A stretch of DNA of 63,602 nucleotides, filler included, from Craspedostauros australis (GCA_030167865.1; 10 parts of 10 records of this genome joined end to end with filler, not necessarily neighbours in it); one strand, 5' to 3'; numbered from the whole stretch's first letter, positions 1 to 13,000 are shown. Made by a program: numbers and translations. Notes: generated from the letters alone by a model not told the origin.

Positions 1-116
1 GAACGAACGGACACCGAGAGGATCGGAGTGCCAACGTAATGAAATAGCAAACGAACGACTATCAACCAACACCATCTTCCACGACCGCAGGTTACCGTGA
101 GCGGAACTTGCCAACA
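1..116 (-). mobile_element. Terminus of LTR-like repeat family B (TGTTGGCAAGTTCCGC...)
   Basis: Near-identical to 7985-8100 and to the reverse complement of 40465-40580. Homology stops exactly at ...CTTGCCAACA in all three copies. Confidence 0.75.
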
Positions 117-1964
117 GATGGGAGACATCCATGCCCTCTGTCATGGTGGAACAATGAACCACAGATTTGATGATGAGTACATTGCAATGCCCATGATGGA
201 GTTGTGCAAGGTTATGGATGAAGACAAGGGTACTGGGCAAGTCGATTTGTTGGAGTGATGGTGATGGTGCAAAGTGGAAATGGTGATTACTCCACTGCTG
301 TGTCACACATTCCAAGTCACTCATTGGCTCAACACTTCCACACACATGCAGTGAAAAGACAATGGCAAGTGTGCATGTGGTATAGAAGGTGGTGCAGGTG
401 ATGTACTCCATCATACAATGGATAGCTCACACTTCATGATTTGGTTTGGTTGTGGATAGTGAGACAGGATGGATGTGGCTGTGAGTGGGTGAGGAGCTTG
501 GAATATCAACAAGATTGAACCTCAGTCGGAGTCACTATTGACACTTTCATTGTCATCGCATTGTTGGGTCCTTGCGGTATGCAAGCATTCACCCGATTGT
601 TCGGACCAGCCATGGGGCAGCTGGTGAGCCAAAGAGCAAAGAAAGAGCCATACACCTTGCCAATTGTGCTTTGGTCAAGCTTGATGCAACCAAAGCATAC
701 CTTTGCAATACCCAGAGGATTTCCAACACTTGTGCCCTCATCACTGTGTCGAACGATGCTCTGAATGATCACTTGATGAAGCTTGTGAATGTTGCGATGA
801 CATCTGACTCGACACGTGTGGGTGGCTCTTGATCTGGATTTGGTGAGCGATTGGGATCGAGCTGAGCTAAAAGATAGAACAAGAGACAGTGTGCAAGCAG
901 GAGAGCGACCAAGGGGATGTCATGTGACACCAATTGAAGATTGCCACTGATGTGATCATGTATGTGCTGATAGTGAAACTATGCTCACCTGGCTCTACTC
1001 TTGCACCATCTTGGATTGCTCCTGTTGGAGTGTGCAAGGCTTGCTTCAGTCCAACCAATTGGTTGGATTTGTGAATACTCCAGTGTTCAAAGCGATACGT
1101 TTCAGGCACAATGTATTGGTACCATATGATGCATTGGCATCAAGCCATTGTTTTTCACATCTCAGGACCAATTCACCTCAGGGTGTGTGTGTCTTGAGCA
1201 ATGCTCCAGCTTGACAACTTGGCCAATGGCATCATTGGATCAAAGATGTGCAGCATTGGCATCAACGCCAAGACATCGCACACATCTTCAGTATGATGCG
1301 TGATCTGGCCTCAGCTGTGCCATCTGTAAGCTTCACGTTTCCACACAAGGCGTGCATCCTCCACCCGAACTTGTTCAGATGGGGGAATTGAAGCACCAGC
1401 AATCGCGCTCATCATCTGGACAGTGTTTGCAGAAGGAAGTGTGCTTGGGCAGGTATTGCTATTGTGGGAGTCTGAGATCATGGTGTTTGTGTGGTGTTCT
1501 GTGGGAAGTGTACGACTGGGGAAACGAGAGTGATGGAAAAGCCATCGTGGCAACCAAGTCACTCGCGCTAACAGCCACGTTGTTGGACGCACACCCAGCG
1601 ATCCGACACAGCTTGGCACAAACAGGGAAGCTTCTGTCGAATGACTCAATGGACTCAAGAACATCGAGTTCGATCGCACACATTCCTTCTTCGTGTTTCT
1701 TTCGTGTTGTTTGTGTGTGTGTGTGTGTGTTTTGTGGTGGATGTCGAGAAGGATCCGCACCAACCAGTTCTTCCACGACAAACCAGAGTGCGATCATGGA
1801 ACAGAGAAACAGAACGTGCGAACAAGACAACGACAACCTTGCTATTCCTTGCAACAGTTTGGTCTCATACCATCAGCCAGCATCTTCATTATAAGACCGT
1901 GAACACATTGAGCAATCATCCAACAATTGTTTGTCTACCAACAGCTCAACAACCAACGACCAAC

Positions 1965-3420
1965 ATGCCGAATGTCTCAGACAGACAACTCATTCTTGCT
2001 GCTGGGACAGGTGATCTGTCGGTGTTGAAGGAATGGAAGGAGCAGAACGAAGGACGTGATGTCAACACGGTCAAAAGCGGCTTTGACGACACTCCACTTC
2101 ATTGGGCATGCGGCAACGGCCAGTCTGAATGCGTCAAGTACCTCATCGAAACATGCAACGCCGATGTCAACTACAAAGGCGACTTTGACGACACTCCACT
2201 TCATAAAGCATCCGCCAACGGCCACCTGGAATGTGTGAAGTACCTCATCGAAACATGCAACGCCGATGTCAACTGCAAAAACAACATTGGCGACACTCCA
2301 CTTCATAAAGCATCCGCCAACGGCAAGTCTGAATGCGTCAAGTACCTCATCGAATCAGCCAAGGTCAATATCGACATCCAAAACAACGACAACGAAACAC
2401 CCGTTGAATTAATCAGCGCGAAATATCAGGTCGAGATGATGACATCAATCATGAAGCCCCTCAGTCAACGCAACTTGCAACCGCAGACACAGCTGCAAAC
2501 AGAGATGCAGGTGCGCAAGCAAAGCCACACAAACACCATCACAACACCAACCAAGCACGACAATCCTAAAATCCACACAACAACCAACATCAGCATCGGC
2601 CAAGATCGTCGCAGCGCTGTTCGTTCTGAGNNNNNNNNNNNNNNNNNNNNNNNNNNNNNNNNNNNNNNNNNNNNNNNNNNNNNNNNNNNNNNNACGAACA
2701 ACAGCCAATCAAAGCAAACTCCGGAGTCCTCATGGTCACTGTTCCGTCCATTCAGACATTGATCGACTCAGGAATCCAACGTCAGCATGTCGATGACGGC
2801 ACTGATGACGGCACTGATTCTGCCACTGCCCTCACCCGCAGGCTCATCCCTCTTCCCAACCATCAACCCAAACATGTCCAACGCGTCCTCGAATGCATCT
2901 ACACAGGTGAGATATCCTTCGATCACAGCGCTCCGGACAATGATACTGATACCCGCGATGGCGCTCATGATGATGATGATGGTGCTGACCAGCCAACTCC
3001 CACCCTCGATGGACAGGACGATCTACAACAGCTGATCCTTGTGGCCAACGAGTTCGGCTTCTGGCGACTCAAGCTTGTTCTTGAAGCAGAGTTGGCCCGC
3101 ACTCATCTCACAGAGGACACCATGGTAGATGCGTTGATCTTCGCCAATCAACACGGCTGTTTACTGTTGAAAGATGCAGCAACGAGAATGGCAGCTGCGA
3201 ATAAACAGAACTTCTTCACTCATCCAGATTTCAGCAAGCTGATTCTACATCCCCAACTGATGGGAGAGATCCATGCCATCTGCAGTGGGAGAGCGGCAAG
3301 CAATGAAGTTGATGACAAGTACAGTGCCATGTCCATGATGGATTTGTACAAGGTCGTGGATGAAAGCGAGGGTACAGCACAAGTGGATTCATACATGGAT
3401 CGTGCAACGTTGATGAACCT
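1965..3420 (+). CDS. Ankyrin-repeat + BTB/POZ(-BACK-like) protein, gapped
   Basis: Three DTPLHxA..NG..ECVKYLIE ankyrin repeats, duplicated as 99-bp DNA units. After the N-gap: VLECIYTGEI...LILVANEFGFWRLKLVLEAEL...DALIFANQHGCLLLKDAA, the C-terminal half of a SPOP-like BTB. The frame changes near the gap. Confidence 0.75.
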
Positions 3421-3619
3421 NNNNNNNNNNNNNNNNNNNNNNNNNNNNNNNNNNNNNNNNNNNNNNNNNNNNNNNNNNNNNNNNNNNNNNNNNNNNNNNN
3501 NNNNNNNNNNNNNNNNNNNNNNNNNNNNNNNNNNNNNNNNNNNNNNNNNNNNNNNNNNNNNNNNNNNNNNNNNNNNNNNNNNNNNNNNNNNNNNNNTACA
3601 CTACCGTATTTCGTAAGAT

Positions 3620-4310
3620 AGCTATCAGTGATACATCCAATGGTGCGCCCGGCAAGTCTTGGATCTCGCCTTTGGTGACTTGCGCAGCGTGCTGTTCTAT
3701 GCACGACCGTATCGTTCGCAGCACAGCCTGACTGGCTGGACAGCAAGGCATGCTCTTTGGCCAATACATTGCTGATGATCATGCCGCTGNGNNGCAGATG
3801 ATCCTGGTNNGTGAACAGCACGTTGGTGTACCATACAGCATCATTGGGCAGTGTGGCATGACGACGATGGTCTGGCCACCACTGTTGTCGCCGAGATCGT
3901 CGTCGCCAATCAAGTGCTTTCCGCGTTCGTTGGTTTCAATGATGTGGAAGGAGTTGTGTGGAAGGAATTGTGTGGAAAAGGATGGTGGTATCCGCTGGCG
4001 TCATGCATGGATCGTCGTACCCCACTGCAACTGTGTCAAAATAGCGCGCTGCGGAATCGAACCACGAAGCCAGTCCACGCCCTGCATGAACACAAGAAAT
4101 TGACGCTCATGACCCATGTCGCGACACAACATGTTTACTCTGTACATACGAGTGTGAACGTTGGTATTGACCTTTGCGTTTGCTCTGGTGCAGATTGCGA
4201 TGGAGTCTATGACGCGGTCTGTGGTGCAGTCTGCGGCGTCGCCAACATTGCCAAAGCTCAGCGCTCGCCAGATGGTGCGGTGGACGGGTGGGCGGTGCTT
4301 CGGAGATGAT
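3620..4310 (-). pseudogene. Degenerate SRR1-domain-like gene fragment
   Basis: Minus-strand frames give DDPCMT...IETNERGKHLI...TIVVMPHCPMMLY..NVLF...MIISN, resembling the SRR1 motif N..GK...FMPHC..LY.N.L. Frameshifts are present. Confidence 0.35.
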
Positions 4311-4495
4311 TGATTGATTGTGACAGCAGTACTCTACTCGTCATGTCGCCACCGTGGCAACTCTCCCAATTGCGTATACAAACGCGGATCTCCAACCATG
4401 GCATGCGGTACGGACCAATGCGCCTATGGAGAAATGCCAACGAAGCGCAACCAGTGAATGAGACAGGGACAAGACGGATTTTCGAAATTGTGGGT

Positions 4496-5183
4496 TGTTG
4501 ACGATGTGCAACAAGAAGCAGCGAGGCCAAGAAGCAACGAACAAGAAGGGAGAGGAGGACAACAGCAACAGTGACAACAGCGACAGTGACAACAGCGACA
4601 GTGACAACAGCGACAAGAACGACAAGAACGGCAACGATGCACACTTCATCCACAATCGACAAAGACATGTTTACCAATCATAACATCGCACCCTCCACTC
4701 AGAAGTTCTCATACTCGTAGTCGCGAAGACTCCAACCACTTCTCCCGTTGCCACCATCACCATCGTCGTCATCCATCCCATTGCATCCCAACAACACAGC
4801 GTACTATACATACCAACACGACAAGGTCAGCAGCCAACAACGCGAGATCCACTGAGGTAAGAACACACCAAGACAGGCCAGCAAGACAGCCAACGAGCAA
4901 GACCGAGTGGTTCACAGCCGACTCGTACAGCCCACAGCACGAGGAGCAGAGACGGTTCGGTTGTTGCAGCGCAGTGCAGCGCAGTGAGGAGACATCAACA
5001 ATGGCGTTGACAACATCCGCAGGTCATGGCATTCCGCAGACTCGAACGAACACACATACCCACGCACGATTCGTATTGGTGCAAGCGTCCGCCACTTCCC
5101 AACTCACACGAGTCTTTGTCTGTTCATCGCGTACTTGTGTGCTTGTGTGCTTTAATAGAGCTAAACTAGTAGCCATCTTAGCA
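4496..5183 (+). mobile_element. Probable 5' LTR of a Copia-type element
   Basis: TGTTGA...TCTTAGCA ends, an internal 15-bp GACAACAGCGACAGT repeat and an AT-rich 3' end. Termini resemble those of LTR 62896-63487. Followed by a long leader and the ORF at 6410. Confidence 0.5.
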
Positions 5184-5519
5184 AGAGAGACTACGAATCA
5201 TCCAACTCGTCAGCATTCCAGTAGGTCGAACGAATACATCACCGGCCCCCACGTTTGGGGACAGATCCAGAACCTTGAAGTAGATCTTCGGAATTCGTGT
5301 CAGGGAACCAACAGGGTTCCGATAACCAAGTTTCTGACACCCACCATTGCCAAAACGCCGACGCACGGAACCAAAGCCACAGCAACGCGCATCATTGCCC
5401 ATTGTCTCTCACAGAACTCAGACAACGGATCTCGACCCACGGTACTCGGGCTACACAACCCACACGCATTGTCAATCAGGACACCACAGGAGATCCCCCT
5501 CGAAGGGAAGAACCATAGC

Positions 5520-6201
5520 TGTCAGGAATCGAGGGTACGACTCTGTCGGAAAGATACCCATGATTGCCGCAACTCCCAACATTATTTGTCACACCTTTGG
5601 ATATTATTCGTCACACCATTGAATATTGTCCATTCCACCCACGACACGAATCACACAGGAATGACCTCAGTCTTACCAAGCAAACAAGCCTGTCCTCTAT
5701 GAATCAAGAAAAGGCCACGACATCTAAACCATGTGAAGGAAGATGATGACTGACACATTGATGATCACCCCATCTGGAGATCATGGCACGTGTCACCCAC
5801 GGACTAGAACAACTCAGAAAAGGCATCAATCATGACATCAATCATGACACCAATCGTAAAGTTTGGTGTCAGGAGATCAAGAGCGAAACGCAAGACTGTG
5901 GAATCGTACCGCAGGGAATGTAGAATAAGGATATGCACGACGAGGTGCATGGAAAGAATGCCTACGGATATGCACGACGATGTGCATGACAAAGGATGCC
6001 TGCGGATGCGATCTCATGTACGCAAGCGATGATTCATGATGATAAGATGCATGAATGCAACAGTATGACATGGTGCTGCTGCAGGAGATGCTATATGAGA
6101 AACGAAAGGCAAAGGAGCTGAAGAGAATGAGCTCACAGTTCTGAATAGTACGATCTAACAACCAATTAGTTCTTACTAACACTAACCCCGGATTTCCAAC
6201 A
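5520..6201 (-). mobile_element. Family A element, complete (682 bp), 6-bp TSD CATAGC
   Basis: TGTCAGGAATCGAGGG...CCCCGGATTTCCAACA flanked by CATAGC at 5514-5519 and 6202-6207. Confidence 0.9.
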
Positions 6202-6409
6202 CATAGCACTAATCTCATAATCCGCACGTTTCTTCACCATCTACCAGTATTTTAAATTGACTACTTGTGGAACAGAAGACTCTCGTTCGGACCCGCTTGC
6301 CAATCAAGCCTCTACAGCCAACAACAGCTAACAAGTGATAAGCCATTACGTTTGGGCTCTATTAGATTAACAGTCGCAAAAGATTGTCAAGCTCTTAGAC
6401 CTCTGCAAG

Positions 6410-7533
6410 ATGACCGTCACCAACCGCCTCCAACTCTCCAACCGGCCACCTCCCAAGAGGAGCCCAGGAGACAGGACCCTAGCCTTCGAGACCGTCCCCG
6501 CGGACCCGAAGGACCCAAGCCTCTCTGCCATCCTCGATGGCACGCCAGGCTACCCAACGGCTGGGCCATCCTCGCTCTCCTTCACGGAGATCGGAGATAG
6601 CTTCGTCGAAGCCACCTTCCGACACCCCATCATCGTGGATGCATGGAACCGAAAGGANNNNNNNNNNNNNNNNNNNNNNNNNNNNNNNNNNNNNNNNNNN
6701 NNNNNNNCGAAACCGAAATCGTGCGCCACGTCCACAAGACTACCTGGAACGCGTTCACGGAACTCGGACAGGAGTTTCGGATCAGCATCGAGACCGCCAT
6801 GATCTTTGATCTCTTCCCACCCAAGACCCTCGCAGAAGAGAAGACCATCTCCCAACTGTTGATCACCATCCACGAAGAGGCCACTGACATGGACCCGGCA
6901 TTAGTCATGTTCAACCTCAAGCACCCGGACGACGTAGCAAGGAACTACAAGACAGGACTCCTCATCTACCACATCGGAGAATGGGTCAGATCCATCGAAG
7001 TGGAGGAGGAATCCACCCTCGAATCCACCCTTGACGCGATGTTCGTCGACACGGCCACCACCGCCAAAGCCATGGCAGACTTCTGCCGTTCCGAAAGATG
7101 CGGCAAACGCCACCACCACAAAGCGTGGTTGGAGGCCATCGGGGAACACAAGAAGGCACTCTCCAATGCATCCGCGACCAGCGTCTCATCTGGATCAGAA
7201 ACATCTACCCGTAGAACCGGACGCGACAACGACAGCCACCCAGGAGGAACCCCATCTGGGCTCTCCCTCATGCTTGAAGGGAACACCCCGAACCGTACTC
7301 CACCCGACTTCCGGAACGATACCCAACTCTCCAGCATCGCCAAGCAAGGATCATCAAACACATCGCCAGTAGTCATCGACACCCGTGGTACCACCCCACC
7401 CAACGAAGACACCGAACCAGGCACTGACTACGACCAACACCCTGGTAATGACGAAACCGTAGACGTACCCGACAACCGCGGCCCCACAGGACGGAACCGA
7501 CTCTTCCCCAACGTAGACCCCGCGACGATCGGC
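6410..7533 (+). CDS. Putative gag-region ORF of an LTR retroelement (truncated by scaffold end)
   Basis: Long ORF spanning one N-gap, downstream of the LTR and leader. No diagnostic motif was recognised; the assignment is positional. Confidence 0.4.
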
Positions 7534-7577
7534 NNNNNNNNNNNNNNNNNNNNNNNNNNNNNNNNNNNNNNNNNNNN

Positions 7578-7589
7578 TTAATTAATTAA
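7578..7589. other. Artificial scaffold linker TTAATTAATTAA (also at 13751, 15633, 25886, 34114, 40902, 42762, 54929, 56494)
   Basis: Identical six-frame-stop 12-mer embedded in N runs, nine times. Confidence 0.97.
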
Positions 7590-7633
7590 NNNNNNNNNNN
7601 NNNNNNNNNNNNNNNNNNNNNNNNNNNNNNNNN

Positions 7634-8100
7634 TGGAGAGCAGAAGGACGCCTACTGACGTTGACAGGATGTCAACATGTCACCACGTCGACAGCTGTCT
7701 CCAAGTCAGAGCAGGAGACGAAGATACAATGACCCATGAAGATCATGGATACTGCAGATGAACTTCAAATGGTAAGTACTCATGGAGTAGAAGCCAGTAC
7801 TGAATGAACAGAGTGTCGAATGCGGAGTACGCATCGAACACGGAGTATCGTGTAGCATGAGCACATGATGTTGAGAAAGAGAGAGAGAGAATACAGAGAG
7901 GAACGAGAGAGGATCTCGCGTACCGACTCATAGTCGGAGACCGAATCTACAAAACAGATTGAAGCGCCGAGAGCATCGGGCAAGAGAACGGCGTACACCG
8001 AGAGTATCGGAGTAGCCAAGTAATGAAATAGCAAACAGACGACTATCAACCAACACCATCTTCCACGATCGTAGGTTACCGCAAGCGGAACTTGCCAACA
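7634..8100 (-). mobile_element. LTR-like family B copy (partial)
   Basis: Reverse complement matches 40465-40857. Ends CTTGCCAACA at 8100. Confidence 0.75.
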
Positions 8101-8313
8101 GGTTGCGGTGTGGGTTGCAGTGCAGGTTGCCGTGTGGGTTGCCGTGTGGGTTGCAGTGCGGGTTGCGGTGCGGGTTGCAGTGTGGGTTGCGGTGTGGGTT
8201 GCCATGTGGGTTGCCGTGTGGGTTGCGGCGCGGGTTGCGGTGTGGGTTGCGGTGCAGCTTGCAGTGTGGCTTGCGGTGCGGGTTGCGGTGCGGGTTGCGG
8301 CGCGGGTTGCGGT
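8101..8313. repeat. 12-bp tandem repeat (GGTTGCGGTGTG variants), about 17 units
   Basis: Direct inspection. The minus strand could encode PQPT/PQPA repeats. Confidence 0.85.
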
Positions 8314-8787
8314 GATGTCACCATGGCAGCGTGGGTGCACTAATCATGCGAGGATGATGAGATCGTGTGTGTGATGAAATTGTGAGTTCCATCATTGGCG
8401 AAAGGTGTGGCTTTCGTCGTCATCAGGAAGCCAACATGCGATGAAAGTGAAAGGCACACGCAATGCCGTTGCCGCACCCATGGATGCTTGAAGGAATGAC
8501 ATGATGAAGACGGAAAGGACAGGAGAGGACATGACAACCTTCGAAGAGGAAAGGAAGGGATCGCTGAAAGCGAAATGCAACGGCGGTTTCAGCGAGTGTG
8601 ATGTGAAAAAAACGGAATTGATGTCGCCAACGTCACAATTGGAGCCTCGCTGATCAGTTGCAGTCCAGTCCCGCGGTGCAAAATTAGTTCACGAGTACTT
8701 CAGGCTCGATTAGCGATAAGATGGCGGTAAGAAACATAAAACTTAAAAATAATCATGGGAAAGCTGTGCTCAAGAGCTTTCGAACTA

Positions 8788-9130
8788 TGTAAAGAAAATG
8801 GTATTGTACATGTAGATGTTGTCATCAAAATTTAACATAACTGAAACTGAAAACGTTAAACGATATATTATATCGTTTAGGTCATGAAGGGATATGTCAA
8901 GATGTACATGTATATGGGAGTTAGGATTCGGGTTCAGTCGGCGCGAATCGGTAGGAGATGCCTCACGAACTGCCGGTTTCGGGATAACCGTGTAGTGCAG
9001 TTCAGGAGGGGTGTACTGGATTGAAGATGTGTTCTTGTAACGATGAGTAGATGAGTGCTTTTGAACTAATCTCTGTCTGGTTATTATGAGTTGGCTAGTA
9101 GTGTTGGTAGGATGAAGAAACGATGTCACA
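8788..9130 (-). mobile_element. Possible short LTR (about 343 bp)
   Basis: TGTGAC...CTTTACA on the minus strand, AT-rich, followed by TAGTTCGAAAGCTCTTGAGC (possible PBS/leader). No TSD found. Confidence 0.35.
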
Positions 9131-9586
9131 CAGCTTGATAGGACCCTGCACTGATGTACTTGGTTCAGTGCTTGAGGGCAGACATTGATTGTTGCTCCTT
9201 GCTCTCTTCACATGTAGACACACTGCAGTATAGGTCATGACACTCAATGGAGGTGGTCATGAAGCAATGGCTGTGGCTGGAGTTCACTCTCGGATTCCTT
9301 TGCTTGAGTTGAAGCAAGTTGGATTTATGCGCCAAGACTACGACAGTGATGTAGTGGTCATTGGCATGGAAGGAATCGAGGTATGTTGTAGTGAAAGGAT
9401 TTGGGGAGCATATAGTTCCTGAGGTGAAATGTGAGTCAGATCGGTCATGTAATGAGTCATGATGGATTCGTGAATGGAAGAGAGAAAGGGGGAGAACAGA
9501 TTTGGTGATCAATCAAGTTGGAAGATTTCGCGCCAAAACAAGAATTTCTCCCATCGGAGGTGGATACCGTGTCCAGTGATAGTCTG

Positions 9587-10049
9587 TGTCAGGAATCGGG
9601 GGTACGACTTCGCAAAGATACCCTGTTCTACCGCAGCTCCCATGAGGACTGACTGGAACCGGAATGGTATTAAGTGCAAAGATACCCATGATTGCCGCAA
9701 CCCCCAATAGCATCTNNNNNNNNNNNNNNNNNNNNNNNNNNNNNNNNNNGCACTCGGACAGCCCAATGGCCTTACCTGTCTTATGCGACATCCAAGCACC
9801 CTCATCCAGTGGCCTACTCGGCCATGTCCCAATAACGGTCGGGAACCGAGAGACCTATGACGATGGCAACACACCAGCCCAGAGTGAATCGAACGAGCGC
9901 GACAACCAATATATCNNNNNNNNNNNNNNNNNNNNNNNNNNNNNNNNNNNNNNNNNNNNNNNNNNGCAACACACCAGCCCAGAGTGAATCGAACGAGCGC
10001 GACAACCAATATATCTGAACAAGTCGACGCGTCCCTGAGAACCTAATAT
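9587..10049 (-). mobile_element. Family A element truncated by the piggyBac-like insertion
   Basis: Starts TGTCAGGAATCGGGGGTAC. Colinear with the reverse complement of 60622-60984 up to ...ACCTAATAT at 10049. Confidence 0.85.
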
Positions 10050-13000
10050 CCACGGTGATTTTTCGTCGCGATAACGGACCCAAGATGCGTCAGGACGCAA
10101 ATCTCGAGACAATTTTCGACTTTTTGCGTCAGGACGCAAATGGAGAATTAGTGTGGCAATTTAACACGACAAACAAATCTCATCGACTTGTTGGACTCAC
10201 CACCACAAAACTCCCTTGGGCTGACCAGTTCATTATTCCCTGCGAATCGACTGGGAGTCAATGCCTTGCGCACTGTTCAGCTGTCAGACCACCATCTTAC
10301 TTCGATCTACATTGGTACAGTCCTAATCTTCACTACTATTTGTGTTGGATGTTACCCTGCTTACATTTGCCATGCTTGTGTTGTTGGTGGGAGCCGTTTA
10401 TGCTTGCTTTTGTGCCAATGTTGCATCTCGGCGCGGATGCTACTGTCAGTTGCGAGCAAGCGTACGCGCACCCTCCCTTTCTCTCCATCTTCACAGTTTC
10501 GATCTTTGCCCAGTGCATTCTGCCAAGGTGCGATGCCTTGTCGTCGCACGAGTTCGTCTCCTTTGCACTGGCAGGTCGGTTGTGGGGCTCCTGCTTCTTT
10601 TCCTTTCCTGCTTCTTCTGTAGTCGAGTCCGTGGCCGGTTGCATCTTGGTTCAGGGGCTTGAGGCTGCACATTATTGTCCTTCGGCTTCTTCTGTGCGCT
10701 ATTCATGGCATTCCACTTCTTGTAATCATTCTCCACCTTCGTTGTCCATGACCTGTCTGCGCCATGCAGCATGCGATAACATGTGTTCGATGCAATGATC
10801 TCTTCGTTGTCGACAACGAGGTTGTTCATTGTCAATTTGCTTGTGATTCCACAATCCTTCTCCCACCGTATGTGGCCTGCTGTTGGGGCAACACATGCAA
10901 ACATGTGACATTCCATGCACATCCATTTCGTGTGTACTCCGCAGACGACACATTCTTTTCGAGCCTTCACGCAATGGATCGGCTCATGGTTGCCCTCTGC
11001 AAGGCGTTCGTTCAGAGCGACACCCTCCTGAGGCAGCGCATCGCCTGTCATTGACAGCAACTTCCGTATCTCGTCATTACTATGCGTCTTTGCTCTCTCC
11101 TGCGAGGGTCTTCCATCGTACACACGCTGTGTTCCATTCGGTTCCACTGGAGGGGCGACAGCGTTGAACGCCTGGGTGCGCTGCATGTGAGTTTCTGCGT
11201 CTGCAGCTCGTTCAGTCATCCACGCCACTGTATCCCCCATCACTCTGCATAAGATCTCCATCGATGCAGCAACGGATTGCCTCTTGTTGACCATGCTTCT
11301 GTAGTGTCTGATGGTTGGCGTTGCATCCAGATCTGCATTGGTATGTATGTCCGGTGTGCAGCAGTAATGCATGAGCTTGTGAAGGAACAGCATCACTACC
11401 TCCAAGATTCGCACCACAGCATTACATTGAAAAGTAGAATATGGTGGGTGAGGTTGGTGCTGCCGAATCATACGCGTCATCACATCCGAGCCACCCTTGA
11501 ATCCGTTCCACCGTGCAATCACGCCTGGAACAAACGTGTGTGTTCTTGGAACTGGTATTGCCAACTCCTGACATGCCCTCCAGATATATAGCTGGTGAAA
11601 AACATCTTCTTTTGTCAGGGCAGCAATGTGGTGGCCGCCAGATCCTTTCTTGTTGCCGTGTCTATCCGAGAGAAGATACTCCTCCAACATCTTGCCCGAG
11701 GACGTCGAAGTCGGGTGCACACCTTCGTCAGTGTACGCAAACGTCAAACCCAGCCGATACATATCCCTCAAGACGATACCATAAGATTGCAGGAGAGATG
11801 GTTTGAATCTTGTTGAGAGGGATCTAAGGATTTCAGCCGTCGAACCACCTACCAGCAACATGAGTGCATCGGTAGTATGGCGATTGCAGCCAGTAGCGGA
11901 GACCAAGGGCAGGTGATGTGAGTATATCATGTTGGGACTGTTGCGTTGCATACAATCCAACTGCGCCGGATCACGTACCAATTACGACCATCGCACCAGG
12001 CACCCCGAAGACGTACGAATGATGCAACAGCTGGATCATTTCTGACTTGTGCTGGAACATTGCCCGCCATGCCTCTCCCTCAGCATCGCGAAAGACATGC
12101 TCGTCCTCACTGAAACCGAACGAAATGCTTGCATTGCGCTGTTGTTGCTTCTCTCTGTCTTCTGTATTCGTCTTTGTGCGCGTCTTCATCTCCACGACGA
12201 ACACCTCGTCTGTGCCATCATCCAGTGGGTCTCCCACAATGGCCAGGAAGTCCACGGAAGCTCGAGCGTACTTCTCTGTGCTTTTGGCCACAATGCCAGC
12301 ACGGTATGCGGCTTTCACACGACGAGCATCACCACCAACCCCAACACACTCCATGGCTGCCTTCATGAGTGGGAGTTCATTTGCATGTCCGATTTTCGCA
12401 TTCTTTGCTGCCTTGCCTTTCAACCCCTTCATAAACCACGATTGTAGCTGCATGGTTGTGACCTTGTACTTCGGTGCTTGCATCCATGGCGTGTCACCAG
12501 TTGTTTCAGTGGAGGAGGTCGCTGGCTCCAGGCGTTTCTCCATATCGATGAGCTCCAATGTCACCATCCTGTCCATCAGTGTGCTTTTCATGTCTTTGTC
12601 TAGCTTGGACTTTGGCAGTCGACCTAGTAATCGTTTCTTTAGAATGGCTTCAGTGAAAGCCACGAATCGTCGCCGCACCTTGTTTTCTTCCTCCAGTACA
12701 GTTTGAAGCGTCTTGAATTGCGTTGGTCGGCGGCGCTTGATTTTATTCCCATAGAACAGGTGCATGAGAGCGGTCAGGTCCCCGTCAGAGATGGCGTCTG
12801 TATCTTCTTCTGCCCTGAGAAGACTTGCTTCGAGATCCCTTGAATCCTGTGCAGGGTCTGTCAACTGTTGGTACATCATCACAGCTTTCATTCTTGTACT
12901 CTCTGTTGCGACGTCGTTGGTGTACTGCTGCTTCTTGCCATCGACGTCGAAGCCAATGTAGCGACCAACCTGTTCCCATGCAGCCTGGTTGAAGGTTGCC

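Noticed and set aside
7534..7633. Recurrent TTAATTAATTAA motif (9 times), superficially like piggyBac TTAA targets
   Set aside because: Always centred in fixed-length N runs: an artificial six-frame-stop linker.
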